A DNA stretch of 47,546 nt, filler included, from Catajapyx aquilonaris (lineage: Eukaryota), in NCBI GenBank assembly GCA_000934665.2. It is 2 parts of 2 records of this genome, joined end to end, with 100 filler letters (N's around TTAATTAATTAA, not from the genome) between each part and the next. Parts side by side here need not be neighbours in the genome. Positions count along the whole stretch, not along the records: positions 23,672 to 47,546 come from JYFJ02005660.1; 1 more part is not named here. One strand, written 5' to 3'. The notes beneath the pieces were generated by a model. The model worked only from the letters and a program-made list of their open reading frames with translations, was not told the DNA's origin and searched no databases. Position 1 is the stretch's first letter. Every line of letters starts with the position of its first letter. Of the stretch, positions 23,572 to 34,685 are shown piece after piece. Both the position numbers and the translations under genes were made by a program.

Positions 23572-23671
23572 NNNNNNNNNNNNNNNNNNNNNNNNNNNNN
23601 NNNNNNNNNNNNNNNTTAATTAATTAANNNNNNNNNNNNNNNNNNNNNNNNNNNNNNNNNNNNNNNNNNNN
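23572..23671. other. Assembly gap with artificial six-frame-stop linker
   Basis: 44 N, then TTAATTAATTAA, then 44 N (100 nt in total). Confidence 0.97.
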
Positions 23672-23829
23672 TCCTCACACCAATGCAATGAATTTCAAAG
23701 GTGTCGAGTCCTGAGGCACGTCTTTCCTCGGCAGTCATATGACTTCCGTGGCCCTCAACAGGTTAAGAATAAACTCATAACTTCCCCTACATAAATTGGC
23801 TGACTAGCAAATTTACATTTGCTTTTTAA

Positions 23830-24303
23830 CCCTTAACTACGTAGGTGGAGCCTGAGAGGCTCCAAGCACTATTTAAACACATGTAACTTTTTAATTGAAT
23901 TTTATTTTCCCCTGTCCTTCCGTGACTTTGTCAGAAAAATCTTCCTAAGCATGAAAAGGAAAGAAAAAAATTTTTAGTCCCTATTCTTTGGTTTAAAAAA
24001 ATTCGTAACGAGGAACAGGTCCCTCCTGGAGCCGCTCAGGCTCTATATCTCAGGTGAAGCCTGAGCGGCTCAAACACATGATGTAACCTTTTAATTAAGA
24101 ATTTTTCCCTGTCGGAATATGCTGACTCAGCGTGATTTTTACGTTTTCGGAAGCCTAATGATCTGAACTGCACTTTCTGTATGTGAAAAGTCCAATGTAA
24201 CAATTTACTTTAGTTGATAAGCAGAAATTTAAATATACCGTTGGAGCCTCTCAGGCTCCACCTACGTAGTTAAAGGTGTTTAACCCACCTACGTAGTTAA
24301 GGG
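23830..24303. mobile_element. piggyBac-type MITE
   Basis: TTAA|CCCTTAACTACGTAGGTGG ... CCACCTACGTAGTTAAGGG|TTAA, with subterminal palindromes GGAGCC...GGCTCC. The right TIR is partly duplicated. Confidence 0.88.
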
Positions 24304-24351
24304 TTAAAAGGTTTGAAAATCAGTTTTATTTCAACCACTTAAATGCAACAC

Positions 24352-24352
<1 letters not shown>

Positions 24353-24402
<50 letters not shown>
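24353..24402. repeat. (TC)n microsatellite
   Basis: About 25 TC units. Confidence 0.97.
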
Positions 24403-24879
24403 NCCCCCCCCAAGTTAAAGGATATACTTGGCATAATTACAACCCTTCACACAGTAAATGCTAATCTTAGAATGTTCATATCAGGAATTGCAGTGAAGCA
24501 GCACATCCTAGGCCCTAGGCTATGACCTCGTACTGTGTGCCCTCTTTGAAAATAGTGTGCTAGATCATTTCAAGGTATCATGGCGCTCCCTTGGCCACAT
24601 CCCCATCCTACAGTACAAACAAAATTATGCAGTTGGTGAGTAATGTTGGTGCACATGAGAATAACCGCCACATTGCCACGCTACACCGCTTGCGAGTGCG
24701 TGTGTATGCCTGTATCTAAAATGTATACCTATCAAAGCTGTCCGTCCAACTTACCAACGCTGGTAAAAGTGTAGTCATAAAACAAAATCGACGTTTATAT
24801 TGCTAACACGAGGTACTCAAGAATATGACGACAATGCGCCATGCATCTGATCTTACGATAAACAAAATATCGACCTTAG

Positions 24880-25175
24880 TATCGATAATGATATCAAGTA
24901 CTGTATAATTCAAATAGGTATTGGAATTTATTTTTATCGATATGTTGGAATATCGATATTTGGTGAGCAACTTCCACATCCGCTGGCATGTGACCTGGCT
25001 ACCTTGTAGCAGGTCAGTGCCTTGCAGTCTGTAACAACTAAAGAAACCGTTAGTTTTTAAAAATAACGTTTGTCTTCAGAGATGAGGTAGAAATAAAAAT
25101 AAATTTCTTACTAAACATATAAAAATACATTTATTGATCGAAATTCGAAAGGACTTCATGTTGTCGGCCATCTTG
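24880..25175 (+). promoter_or_regulatory. Housekeeping-type promoter of the RBM18-like gene: three DRE motifs plus a YY1/Pho-like motif
   Basis: TATCGATA at 24880, 24935 and 24951; CGGCCATCTTG at 25165-25175; CpG-rich sequence up to the ATG at 25352. Confidence 0.65.
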
Positions 25176-25351
25176 GATGGCTTTGGAACTACTTGCTCGG
25201 GGGCCCTTTGTTTCGAAGAACTCTCCGTCATTTTCCACGTTAATGCGATTAATTTATTATATTCATTACACTTTTTACACGCTCAAATCCGCCTGCGAGC
25301 TTTGGGGAGGGAAGATCGGCACCGGATCAGACGGAATTTGCTGATCATACA

Positions 25352-25357
25352 ATGGAA
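25352..25357 (+). CDS. RBM18: RNA-binding protein 18-like, coding exon 1 (ATG GAA)
   Basis: ATG GAA|gtaagt is a phase-0 donor that matches the phase-0 acceptor at 26406, and it lies just downstream of the DRE promoter. Confidence 0.7.
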
Positions 25358-26405
25358 GTAAGTTTCAGGTTTCGAACGCCCAACAAATAACAGTAGATAT
25401 GACATATGTAGAAAAGAGTTTGTCGAATGACGTATTTAACCCTTGGGCAGAAAGATAGTGAAAGCCCTACACTCATACTGCTCACTCAATATCATGACAT
25501 TCCCATGATTTCACTTTGGCATGTGAACAGCCCTGCATCCAACTGCACTCAGCAGAATCCCCATTGTGTGCATCAGAGTTGTATGGAATTATTGCAAACT
25601 CTGCTTTTGATATAGTCAACAGACATCCTAGATTGCATATACGGAGCTTTCAACTTTTCATATTTCCATGCCCTCAAAAAAGGAGTATACAATGTCAGCA
25701 AACAACACTGTTTACCCCTTTTGTTGAGGACATCTCCATGGAAATTTTGGACCTGTTCCGTTAACTGCACGCAAGTAGCATAACAATAACGGTTACCTAC
25801 AGGATTGTAGTCCGGGAAATAGCTCGCCAGCGCCAAGCCAGCGCTCAACTAATAACTAACAAAGGGGGGTGTTTCGCAAACAATCAACTACTGTTGTGCA
25901 GATAACAGAAAAGTAGGCTGACCCCAATTTGAAAAGTGCAAAGAGTGAGAAGTGCATTCTAGGATCTCTGTTGACCATGCATTATTCCTTCAACCCATAC
26001 CCCCAGGTCTCTCATATGTCATACCCTATCTTCCCCACTAACCCTCTCTCTTCTCCAACACCAAAAATATGATCCTCGACCTGAGTGCTAGAGATGGTGG
26101 GTGAGTTTGAAATGTACACCCTCCATTTACACAAACTCAGCAGTACAATCCCAAATATTCCTCTCTCTGGTGGTGGGGAGTCGGGGCAGGGAAGATGATT
26201 ACTGCCAACTAGCTGGGGTGCTAGCCAGGCAACATCACTTGGGCACGCCATGTATATTGAAATATACATATAATGTGTCTTCTACATTATTAAAAAGTTA
26301 CAAAATAACAGGAAAGGGTCATTTTGACAATTTCAAATTTGAGGTTTTATAATTGGTTTTCTCTGAAATCATATGGAAACTCTGTCAATAATATGTATTT
26401 TCCAG

Positions 26406-26509
26406 AACAACTGCCCGTCATTGGTTCCTGTTCCACTGCAGCCCCTTCCAGCAGAAGCCAGGGAAGAGAGGCGCTTATGGGTTGGGAATCTCGACTTGAG
26501 AGTCACTGA
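26406..26509 (+). CDS. RBM18: RBM18-like, exon 2 (RNP2)
   Basis: ttttccag|...GA|gtaagt. Translation NNCPSLVPVPLQPLPAEAREERRLWVGNLDLRVTE resembles RBM18 RLWIGNLDPKITE. Confidence 0.92.
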
Positions 26510-26744
26510 GTAAGTCCACACTCCAGGGGTGCTTCTGAAAGACTATTAGTGCATCACTTTTCCAATAATTTGATGAATGAAAAAGTCAATGGGTGCATTT
26601 TTTAAAAATTCATCAAAAATATATACAAAAAGTTACGGGAAAAGGAGAAATGTATGTGACATTGACATGTCATGCCAGTATTCTATTCCTTTAGTGCTTC
26701 CCAATGTGAGAGTAATAGTATATGGGATTACCAGTAAATATTAA

Positions 26745-27599
26745 CCCCTTCGCTACCAGATCGGCTCTGAAGGTTAGCACAAGATATTTTACAAATAATA
26801 ACAGCTCTACTTACCCAATCAGGGAAAACACTACGAATGTGTGTGGAACATTTTACTCCTCTGGAAGTCCCTAAATTAATTTCCCCAAAAAAAGAGCCAT
26901 AAAAACTCGAAATTGGAGTACTGCCGACCAACTGTTAGGCTGATTTAATTATGAAATATATGAAAATATGCGAAATAACAACCTTGAGAACTATGCCAGA
27001 CGAATTTGCTGAACTCATTGTTCTTTGCGAGAAATAAATTAATACTTATTTGCGGCAGCCGATCAGAACTGAACCGTAGAGTACCAGCTGTACTGCCATC
27101 GCCTAGATTCTAGGTGGCTGTGCCCGAAGGATTAAAATGATGAAATGCTTTAAAATATCCTGAATATGTACCTTGAGAACCACTTGGAGAACCGTATGAG
27201 ATGAATTTGCTGAAATTGTCATACTTCGTGAGAAGAAAATAAATTTTGGAGTTTTCCGAAGTGCTAGAAAGCTGCAAATAAGTATTAATTTATTTCTCGC
27301 AAAGTACGTCGATTTCAGCAAATTTATCTGGCATGGTTCTCAAGGTTGTTATTCCGCATATTGGCATGCATTTCATAATTAAATCAGCCTAACAGTTGGT
27401 AAGCTGTACTCTTAATTTCGAGTTTTTATGGCCTGTTAATTTAGGGACTTCTAAACGAGTAAAATAGTTCAACACACATTCATAGTGTTTTCCCGGATAG
27501 GGTAAGGATAGCTTTTATTGTTTGTAAAATATCTTGTGCATATCTTCAGAGTATGTGTAAGCCAAAGCCGTGGTTCGGGACTATCTGGTGGCGAAGGGG
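26745..27599. mobile_element. piggyBac-type MITE with long internal inverted arms (RBM18 intron 2)
   Basis: TTAA|CCCCTTCGCTACCAGA ... TCTGGTGGCGAAGGGG|TTAA, with imperfect ~280-bp inverted arms (~26766-27055 / ~27280-27550). Confidence 0.88.
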
Positions 27600-28165
27600 T
27601 TAAAAACCGTTTTAAAGGGATTTCTTCCAGGATTGATTTTGCAGCGATCCATGATAATTTTTAGTGTAAGTTGTTACAAATAATATTAGCTGAAAAAGTG
27701 AGTCATTTTTTTGCCTATGTAGATTTCAGATTTAGTTAGACTAATCAGATTTCAAAAGTTAATCACATATGAAATTGAAAAGGGTATTCTAATTCTGTGT
27801 TACCACCTCTGAGGAAAGATTTGGCCCATTTTAACCCCTTTAGCCCCCATAGTAGGTAGGTCTACCAGGAAGCAAAATGATCCCAAACAGAAAGTATCTT
27901 GTTTTTGTGGAGTGTTTTTTTTCTGGATATCAATGTTTTAAAATCATAGTTTTCCCAACACAGAGAAGTGCCAGAAACAAGCCCACTAATTCAGGCTAAT
28001 ATTGCTGTTTTTTGCTCTTGTTGGAAAAAAAATGTGGTTAGTTTTCATAGCAAATGTAACATCAATGTAAAATGTCCAATCCAGTACAATTTTTAAAATC
28101 ATTACAGGGACAAATGCTGCATTAGGGATTTTTTATAATTTGGGAATACAACTAATGTATATATA

Positions 28166-28607
28166 GAGGGTGATTTTCTCGAATGGAAACCCAAACATTC
28201 CTCAATAACTTTTTAACTATGGTATGGTTCCCGATGAAAATTGACATGTACTTACCTTGTATCATGCCAAACAAGGTCTGATATACCAAAAGTGGTCCCC
28301 TCCAGCATCCAAGAATTTCTTAATGCGAGTCTGCATATTGCAGAAGACTCCTGCCGATTGAAGGCGGGCATGCCGTCCATCCCCACCCGCCCGCCTGCTT
28401 GGCGACGGAGCATCTCAAGGCAACGGACCTCGTTGCCTTGAGATGCCCGCCCTTGGATGCTGGAGGGGACCACTTTTGGTATATTCTTTAGTCAGACCTT
28501 GTTTGGCATGATTCAAGGTAAGTACATGTCAATTTTCATCGGGAACCATACCATAGTTTAAAAGTTATTGAGGAATGTTTGGGTTTCCATTCGAGAGAAT
28601 CACCCTG
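28166..28607. mobile_element. Tc1/mariner-type palindromic MITE
   Basis: TA|GAGGGTGATT ... AATCACCCTG|TA, with near-perfect ~150-bp inverted arms. Confidence 0.9.
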
Positions 28608-28609
28608 TA

Positions 28610-28905
28610 TTTGTAATACCCCTTGCCACCCCTTACGGGGTATTCGGGGAGGCCATATTAGAAGCTCCCGGGCCTACGGAGAGGGGGGACTGGGAGGGGA
28701 TGTGCAAGGTGCAGTGCATCGACTAGTAAGGTCATTTTGTGACCTCCCATGGGTGGCTTAGTCTGTCGGAAATACCACCCAAACCAAGCCAGAGACGACC
28801 CGAGAACTCTGCACGAGATGAAGGGGGTATCCCCAGATTGGGTTCGAACCCGGGACCTTAACATTCGTGGGCGCGTACGTTACCGCATCACCACTCCGTC
28901 TCCCC
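28610..28905 (-). mobile_element. tRNA-derived SINE, family B
   Basis: Minus-strand head GGGGAGACGGAGTGGTGATGCGG (A box) ... GGTTCGAACCC (B box). TSD TACAACTAATRTA at 28147-28159 and 28906-28918 also encloses the MITE. Confidence 0.82.
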
Positions 28906-29009
28906 TACAACTAATATAATTATGTGTATGTCCATCTTTAAATAACAACTGTTGCTTTATGCATACAAGACGATTTTCTGTCATCGACCCCCATTTGTCT
29001 CTCCCTCTG

Positions 29010-29300
29010 GTACAACCTCCTAAAACTGCTGCAACGACATGGGTCCATCTGCAAGCTGGACTTCCTGTTCCACCGCACGGGTGCCCTAGCAGGGCAACCC
29101 CGTGGTTATGCCTTTGTCACCTATGAGCGCAGGGAAGATGCCCTGTCTGCTGTGCAGGCGTTAGATGGAACCTGCTTAATGGGCCGAAGAGTGGCTGTCC
29201 GATGGGCTTCAGTCATGGTCACGGATGAATTAGAAAGACCAAAACAGCAGTTTCACATACCTGCACTGGCTGGGGCTAACCAGAAGAAGGCCACACTCAC
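29010..29300 (+). CDS. RBM18: RBM18-like, exon 3 (RNP1), preceded by a non-canonical TG acceptor
   Basis: Translation YNLLKLLQRHGSICKLDFLFHRTGALAGQPRGYAFVTYE...LDGTCLMGRRVAVRWA..., ending AC|gtgagt. It matches RBM18 YHLLKLLQ..DFLFH.SG..GQPRGYCFV. Confidence 0.93.
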
Positions 29301-29367
29301 GTGAGTTTCTTGTCAAACAACCCATTGTTTCATTTGTGACATCTATTAAGGCCTCTTGTTTCTAGGA

Positions 29368-29653
29368 CAATGGTTTCCAAACTTTTTTTTGGTCGCGGCC
29401 CACATCAGATAGCGAAAATACCTCGCAGCCCACCTAATGAGCCAGTTACACCTGGTCACCTCCCACGCAAAGAGTGCATGTGTATGCTTTCTGTGTTGAG
29501 AACTAAGCTGCATGCAGGATTTTTTTTTGTTCTTTTTTTACATACTGTGCTCTTGCTCCCCATTTCGCCAGATCACTTTATAGTTTACAAAAAAAATTTA
29601 AAGCTGGTGGCCCACTTGGAGGGGCCTCGCGGCCCCCAGTTTGGGAACCACTG
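29368..29653. mobile_element. hAT (Charlie-like) MITE
   Basis: TIRs CAATGGTTTCCAAACT / AGTTTGGGAACCACTG; 8-bp TSD TTCTAGGA. Confidence 0.92.
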
Positions 29654-29930
29654 TTCTAGGAGTAGGTTATGTGAATCTAATTATGAGTGGTGTTTCATAG
29701 CTCTGACTAAAAATACAGACATTTGATTACATCATTGGAAAGGGCTAATTACACTGATTACAATGAGCCATAAAATAATTGCTAGATGACTGGTGTTTTG
29801 AGAAAATTGCTTCCTAAGCTTTTAAAGCTAACCTATTGCCTGGGAATACCTAATATATATGTTTTGTGGCTGCAAAATGCAATGGAATGTGTATGCTGAA
29901 ATCAACTACCAACAACTAAATTAATTCTTG

Positions 29931-30055
29931 GGGCCGGTTTCACCGAGCTTGGTATATGATAAAACCAGGTTTCTTTAGGAAAATCCATACAAATAGATAG
30001 GGATTTTGAGAAATACCCTGGTTTTATCATATACTGAGCTCGGTGAAACCGGCCC
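29931..30055. mobile_element. Short PIF/Harbinger-like MITE
   Basis: ~39-bp TIRs GGGCCGGTTTCACCGAGCT... / ...AGCTCGGTGAAACCGGCCC; 3-bp TSD TTG. Confidence 0.85.
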
Positions 30056-30150
30056 TTGAAGAGTGAAGCAAATAATTGTTAACAGAGAATAATTTATTGG
30101 ATTTTATTGAAAACATTACACTATTCAACATACCGTATTGCCTCACTTAA

Positions 30151-30634
30151 GGGGGGATAAAGAGAATTTGGGAGGAAAATTCTCGCTAACTAACAACAGC
30201 AGAACCGAAATTTTTTCTGTGTAAGTGTAACTGACCTCTCTCTTACACATGTTGGTGGTACTTTTCCCATATTATTAATATAGTATTTTTAAAAGTCATT
30301 TGCATGCGGGAGTAATTTACATCGGCATGAAATTTTAAGTGATGTCGTAACAAGCACCCAAAAGTGCGGAAAAAATTGGTGCTCCAGACCTACGAAGCCG
30401 ATTTTTATGTTTAGCTATAGGTTTATGGCAAATAATAATTTTGTCAAAATTTGACTGATTTGTACACTGGCATGGGGTGGGAGAACCCTCATTTTAATGG
30501 TTTTTATTGTGACTAGAGGGAATGATCAACCGCAAACGCGACCCTTCTTTTATGTATGGAGGGTGGCATCGAGTGTCTCCTCTTTTTGTCAGAGTTGGAA
30601 CTCAAGGAAGGTACAAATTCTCTTGATCTCCCCC
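30151..30634. mobile_element. TTAA-targeting MITE (Kolobok-like)
   Basis: TTAA|GGGGGGATAAGAGAGAATTTG ... CAAATTCTCTTGATCTCCCCC|TTAA. Confidence 0.8.
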
Positions 30635-30744
30635 TTAAAGCAGCATGCCGGTGTAGTCGAGGTTGACCAGTTCTTAGAAATGCACAATCTGGTGGCTGTA
30701 CTGGTCTAAGTGAGGTATGCTGGTATAATGCAAGGTTTTCTTAA

Positions 30745-31244
30745 AGGGACACTCCACTCAAAATGCAAGTTGGGCTCTAAAAATCGGGCAAAAAATCCTG
30801 ATTCCGAAGGTGCAATCGGTTTTTTTCTACGCGGAACAGAAAAGCCAGGACGAGGCGTTAAAGACTCAGAATTTGCGTCGTCTGCTAATGAGCTGCCCCG
30901 CCAGCCCAGTCCGCCACCGCCGTGAGCGCCGCCACCGGGCACTAGGCGAAAGTGATACAGTGCTGAAAGTCGGGTCGGGTCAAGAGGTGGCGGGATAAAC
31001 CTGTGGGACGGACCAAAGATGGCGCGGACCATGGTGTGGATCAAGATGGCGCAAGAATATCCAAATTTCTGCCCAGTCGCGGGCAGTCCCGGAGGAGGCG
31101 CTGCTGTTTTGCGCCAGATTCGAATTGCCTAACTTTGACGGCTCGCTGACCGTTCGTCTCTCAGAAAAACTGCTGATACACTCGGAATCAGGATTTCTTG
31201 CCCGATTTTTAGAGCCCAACTTGCATTTTGAGTGGAGTGTCCCT
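30745..31244. mobile_element. Kolobok-like MITE
   Basis: TTAA|AGGGACACTCCACTCAAAATGCAAG ... CTTGCATTTTGAGTGGAGTGTCCCT|TTAA, with ~60-bp near-perfect TIRs. Confidence 0.88.
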
Positions 31245-32802
31245 TTAAGCACAGCATTATCACGATCTCTGTGAAAATTATTATTACCCAAATGAATGCA
31301 TTGCACCATGTTCTATGGTGAGGATACAGCCCAGGTCACTTCTATTGGCTGACACATCCCATAAGATTCGTTAAGTTCAAATTTCACGGCAACATTTTCA
31401 ATGAAAAGTGCAAGTTTGCAAGAAGGGAAGCATACCTACCAAGAGATTTCATACGTTGGGTTTGGATTTTATTATCTGAGTAACAAGGCTTCTCAGACAA
31501 ATAATATTATTGATACCACTACACAAAGTGATCCTCTGATTGCCAATGAGATCTGTGACCATCAAACTATTGAGCAAAACCAAGGACTGAAGGAATTTGC
31601 CTTGGTGCTTTGTAATGTTTAGGGCAGTTCCCCTCTCAGACCAGGCGGAATATGGGATTGGTCACACACTATGACTCTATGCCATGCGCAACAGATGAAC
31701 TTGCATATTCTCACAGCCCTGTAGGCACATTTTTAACAGAACATTATTTTAGTACAGTCCCATATGTATTTTTAAAAACTTGTCAAGGATCAAAATGATG
31801 GAAATCTACCTCGGTTATTGCGGCATGTCGGCCACCCCAGGGTTATATCGGCATGCTGGTCGACCTTGTTTTATACTGGTATGCTGCTTTAAGTGAGGCA
31901 ATATAGTAAGTTGTGCAAGAGTGATACGTAAGTTCAAAGTTAGGATTATTGAGGAAAAATGTTAGAATAATTTGAGGCCAATCAAGCATGTAATTTGAGA
32001 GAAAATCAATTTGTGAAGAGTTTTATCAGAAATGGCTGTGATCTAGTAGTTCTTGTATGGCATGTTTAATCAGTGCAATTAGCCCTTTCCAATGATGTAA
32101 TGAAATATCTGCTTTTTGAGTTTGATGTCTGAAACATTGGTTGTAGAAGTTACAGGATTTTCATGTGCCCAAATCTTGAACTAATTTTGATGCGACTATT
32201 TATACCAATCTGTCTCTGAAAACCATGGCTTTTGTTTCATTCCTGGTCTGTCCGGACACGAGCAACACGTTGAGCCTTTGTCAACCCCTTCCTCTTCCCC
32301 GACATTTAAAACTGTACTGAACAGTAAACTTGAAGGCAGGGCACCTACGAATCACGAGTCACAATCTTCTTGCCGCCATTCCCCCTCACCCTCAAATATC
32401 TTGAAGACCACTGGCTGATAGCAATTCCAGTAATTAGGAGACACGGTATGGTGAAAGGACGGTCCAAGAATGGTTACTCAGAGGCCTCCTGGGAGGCCCG
32501 AGAGTGAACCCGCCTGTAGTTTCTATTTTTGTGACTTGCAGGAGATAATGTGAACCTTTTGATTTCCGTTATGAATAGAGATTTTATTTGAAGGGAGACG
32601 AAAATCCCTTCTGTTTTTGCGTTGGGCAGGTTTCATAATATCCTTCAAAAAATTCATCCTACCCATATGCCCGTTCCCAGAAAAAATTCAGCTGTGGATA
32701 GGTTTCCGCTATACCCAGGGTCCGTAATGCCAGTTAATTTTAATGATGTCTTCAGGTTTGTGTGGCCTCTCAGGTTCATTATTAAAATTAATGTTCTACT
32801 AA

Positions 32803-34027
32803 CAAGGGAAGTGTCTGTAGGGGTATCGGCCCGAAAATGACACTTCCGGTAAATGGCAGGCCAGAAATTCATTGGTGAAAATAAAAAGTGCCACTAGCCA
32901 AGCGTTTTCGAGATATGAGCAATGATAGGTGCACGGCAAACCTGCGTGCAGGTCCCGTCTGTGGGTTGAATCCCACCTGTACACCTGCACCGAGTCTCCA
33001 AATTATATGCAGTGAGAAGTTGAGTGCGCATATTTATCATTTCGCCCTTCCCGGCTGTTTAGCAACACTGCAAACAGGTTGACGTTGATATTTCTTCTCT
33101 CATTTGTGTCCTTGTCAACTCACAATAACTGCTCAATGAAACCGCAACCGTAAATGAATGTGCAGGTAAACAAATAATTACGAAGGGACACAAATAATTT
33201 ATTATTTACTAAGCTTGTGACTATTCATTTTTCCGAATATGAAGCCATGGAGAGAGTAGGTAAGCATCGGCAGAAGAAAAAAATGTTATGCACTTCCCAG
33301 CAAGCTGTTTTATTCCTGTTGATTGAAAAGGGGAAGATATCCGGTGATAAACAGTATTGGGAAAAAAAGAAAAAGGAATCAATGCTCCGAGACCGGGGGG
33401 GGGGGGGGGGGNCGTCACTCATATCTCGAAAACGCTTGGCTAGTAACACTTTTTATTTTCACCAATGAATTTCTGGCCTGCGATTTACCCGAAGCGTCAT
33501 TTTCAGGCCGACTGGCCGATACGCCTACAGCAGTGGTTCTCAAACTTTGCCACATCGTGCCCCCCTACAAAGTAATTTCAGATTCCCCCCCCCCAACCGA
33601 ATAAGCCTGCTGCAGGGGATTTTTTGTTTTATTCAAGGTCACACAATCTTAGGTAAATGTAATAACTGACAAAGTACAGTGGAATCCTCCTATACTGTAA
33701 GCACATCGGATATAAGCAAGTAGAAAGATCGGTCTCTTCCAGCAGTGCCAATGTCCAAGCGCAGTTGAATCCAGATAATATAACAGACCTGTCTGCTATT
33801 ATCTGACTGCACAAATCCTTATTCAGAACTGCACATCTGGCTTTTAGAACTGCACGAATTGTGTAGAACTGCATGCTACAGTAAGCCCTGAGAAGTAGTT
33901 CTTACCTAATCAGTGCGACTTTTGTCCTGTTTCAAGTCACATCATTTTTGGATTCCCCCCACGCCCCCCCTGCCACCCCTTCGCGCCCTACAGTTTGAGA
34001 ACTGCTGCCCTACAGACACTTCCCTTG
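32803..34027. mobile_element. DNA element with CAAG...CTTG termini and 3-bp TSD (TAA), interrupted by a hAT MITE
   Basis: TAA|CAAGGGAAGTGTCTGTAGG ... CCTACAGACACTTCCCTTG|TAA, with subterminal inverted arms ~32829-32919 / 33418-33509. Confidence 0.85.
33531..34007. mobile_element. hAT MITE
   Basis: TIRs CAGTGGTTCTCAAACT / AGTTTGAGAACTGCTG; TSD (G/C)CCTACAG. It is inserted into the right TIR of the 32803-34027 element. Confidence 0.88.
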
Positions 34028-34685
34028 TAAGTAACATACAAACCTAGTGGCAGCAATTTTTACCAGACCCCACGGAAATTCACTGTCCAAGTGTAATCAT
34101 ATTTATGTCAGTTGTTAACTGTCAAATAAATTTCAACTTTGGTGTCCACCTAACTACATTGTTACGCTTCAGAATTATCTATTCTAAAGTCCAGATAATC
34201 TTAACAGTGATTTTTTATCACATTTTGTTTATTACCCCACCACTCCATTTTTTGGGGGTGGGCGAACGGCACTGGTGTAGGGCAAGTATTGTTGCATTGT
34301 AGAGATGTAGACTGTGTTACATTCAATTCTATCAATTTTTGATTTATTTCCCTTGATGCAAATGCATATTTGGGAAAGACTCTTCCCCTACATCACGATA
34401 TCACAAAATTGCAATTTATCTTTCATATGAACGAAAAAAATGTATAAAGAAAAAAGTTTACATGTGGGTAAATCAATAAACAATTCAAAAATCTTATCTG
34501 GGGGTACTCTTTGAAAATCACTAATACCTTGTCTAGCTTCATAAAAAAAATCACATTCAAATAAATAATGAAAAAGAGATGTCTGGACCAAATCATTACA
34601 CAAGGTAAAGTTTCACCTGTTTCTAGACTGTGTTAAATTTTATTAGATTTGTGATACTAACATTGCACCTCTTGTGACTTTTAAG

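Larger units (their letters stand above)
30133..31906. mobile_element. Tc2/pogo-like non-autonomous element (CCGTA termini, TA TSD) interrupted by two TTAA elements
   Basis: TA|CCGTATTGCCTCAC ... GTGAGGCAATATAG|TA. Its segments are homologous, in inverted orientation, to the uninterrupted copy at 41329-41897. Confidence 0.8.
29716..32111. mobile_element. Old inverted-repeat element hosting several nested insertions
   Basis: CAGACATTTGATTACATCATTGGAAAGGGCTAATT at the left matches the reverse complement at ~32077-32111. The outer limits are uncertain. Confidence 0.6.

Noticed and set aside
26510..29009. U12-type intron as the explanation for the TG acceptor
   Set aside because: The donor is GTAAGT, not RTATCCTT, and no TCCTTAAC branch site is present near the acceptor.
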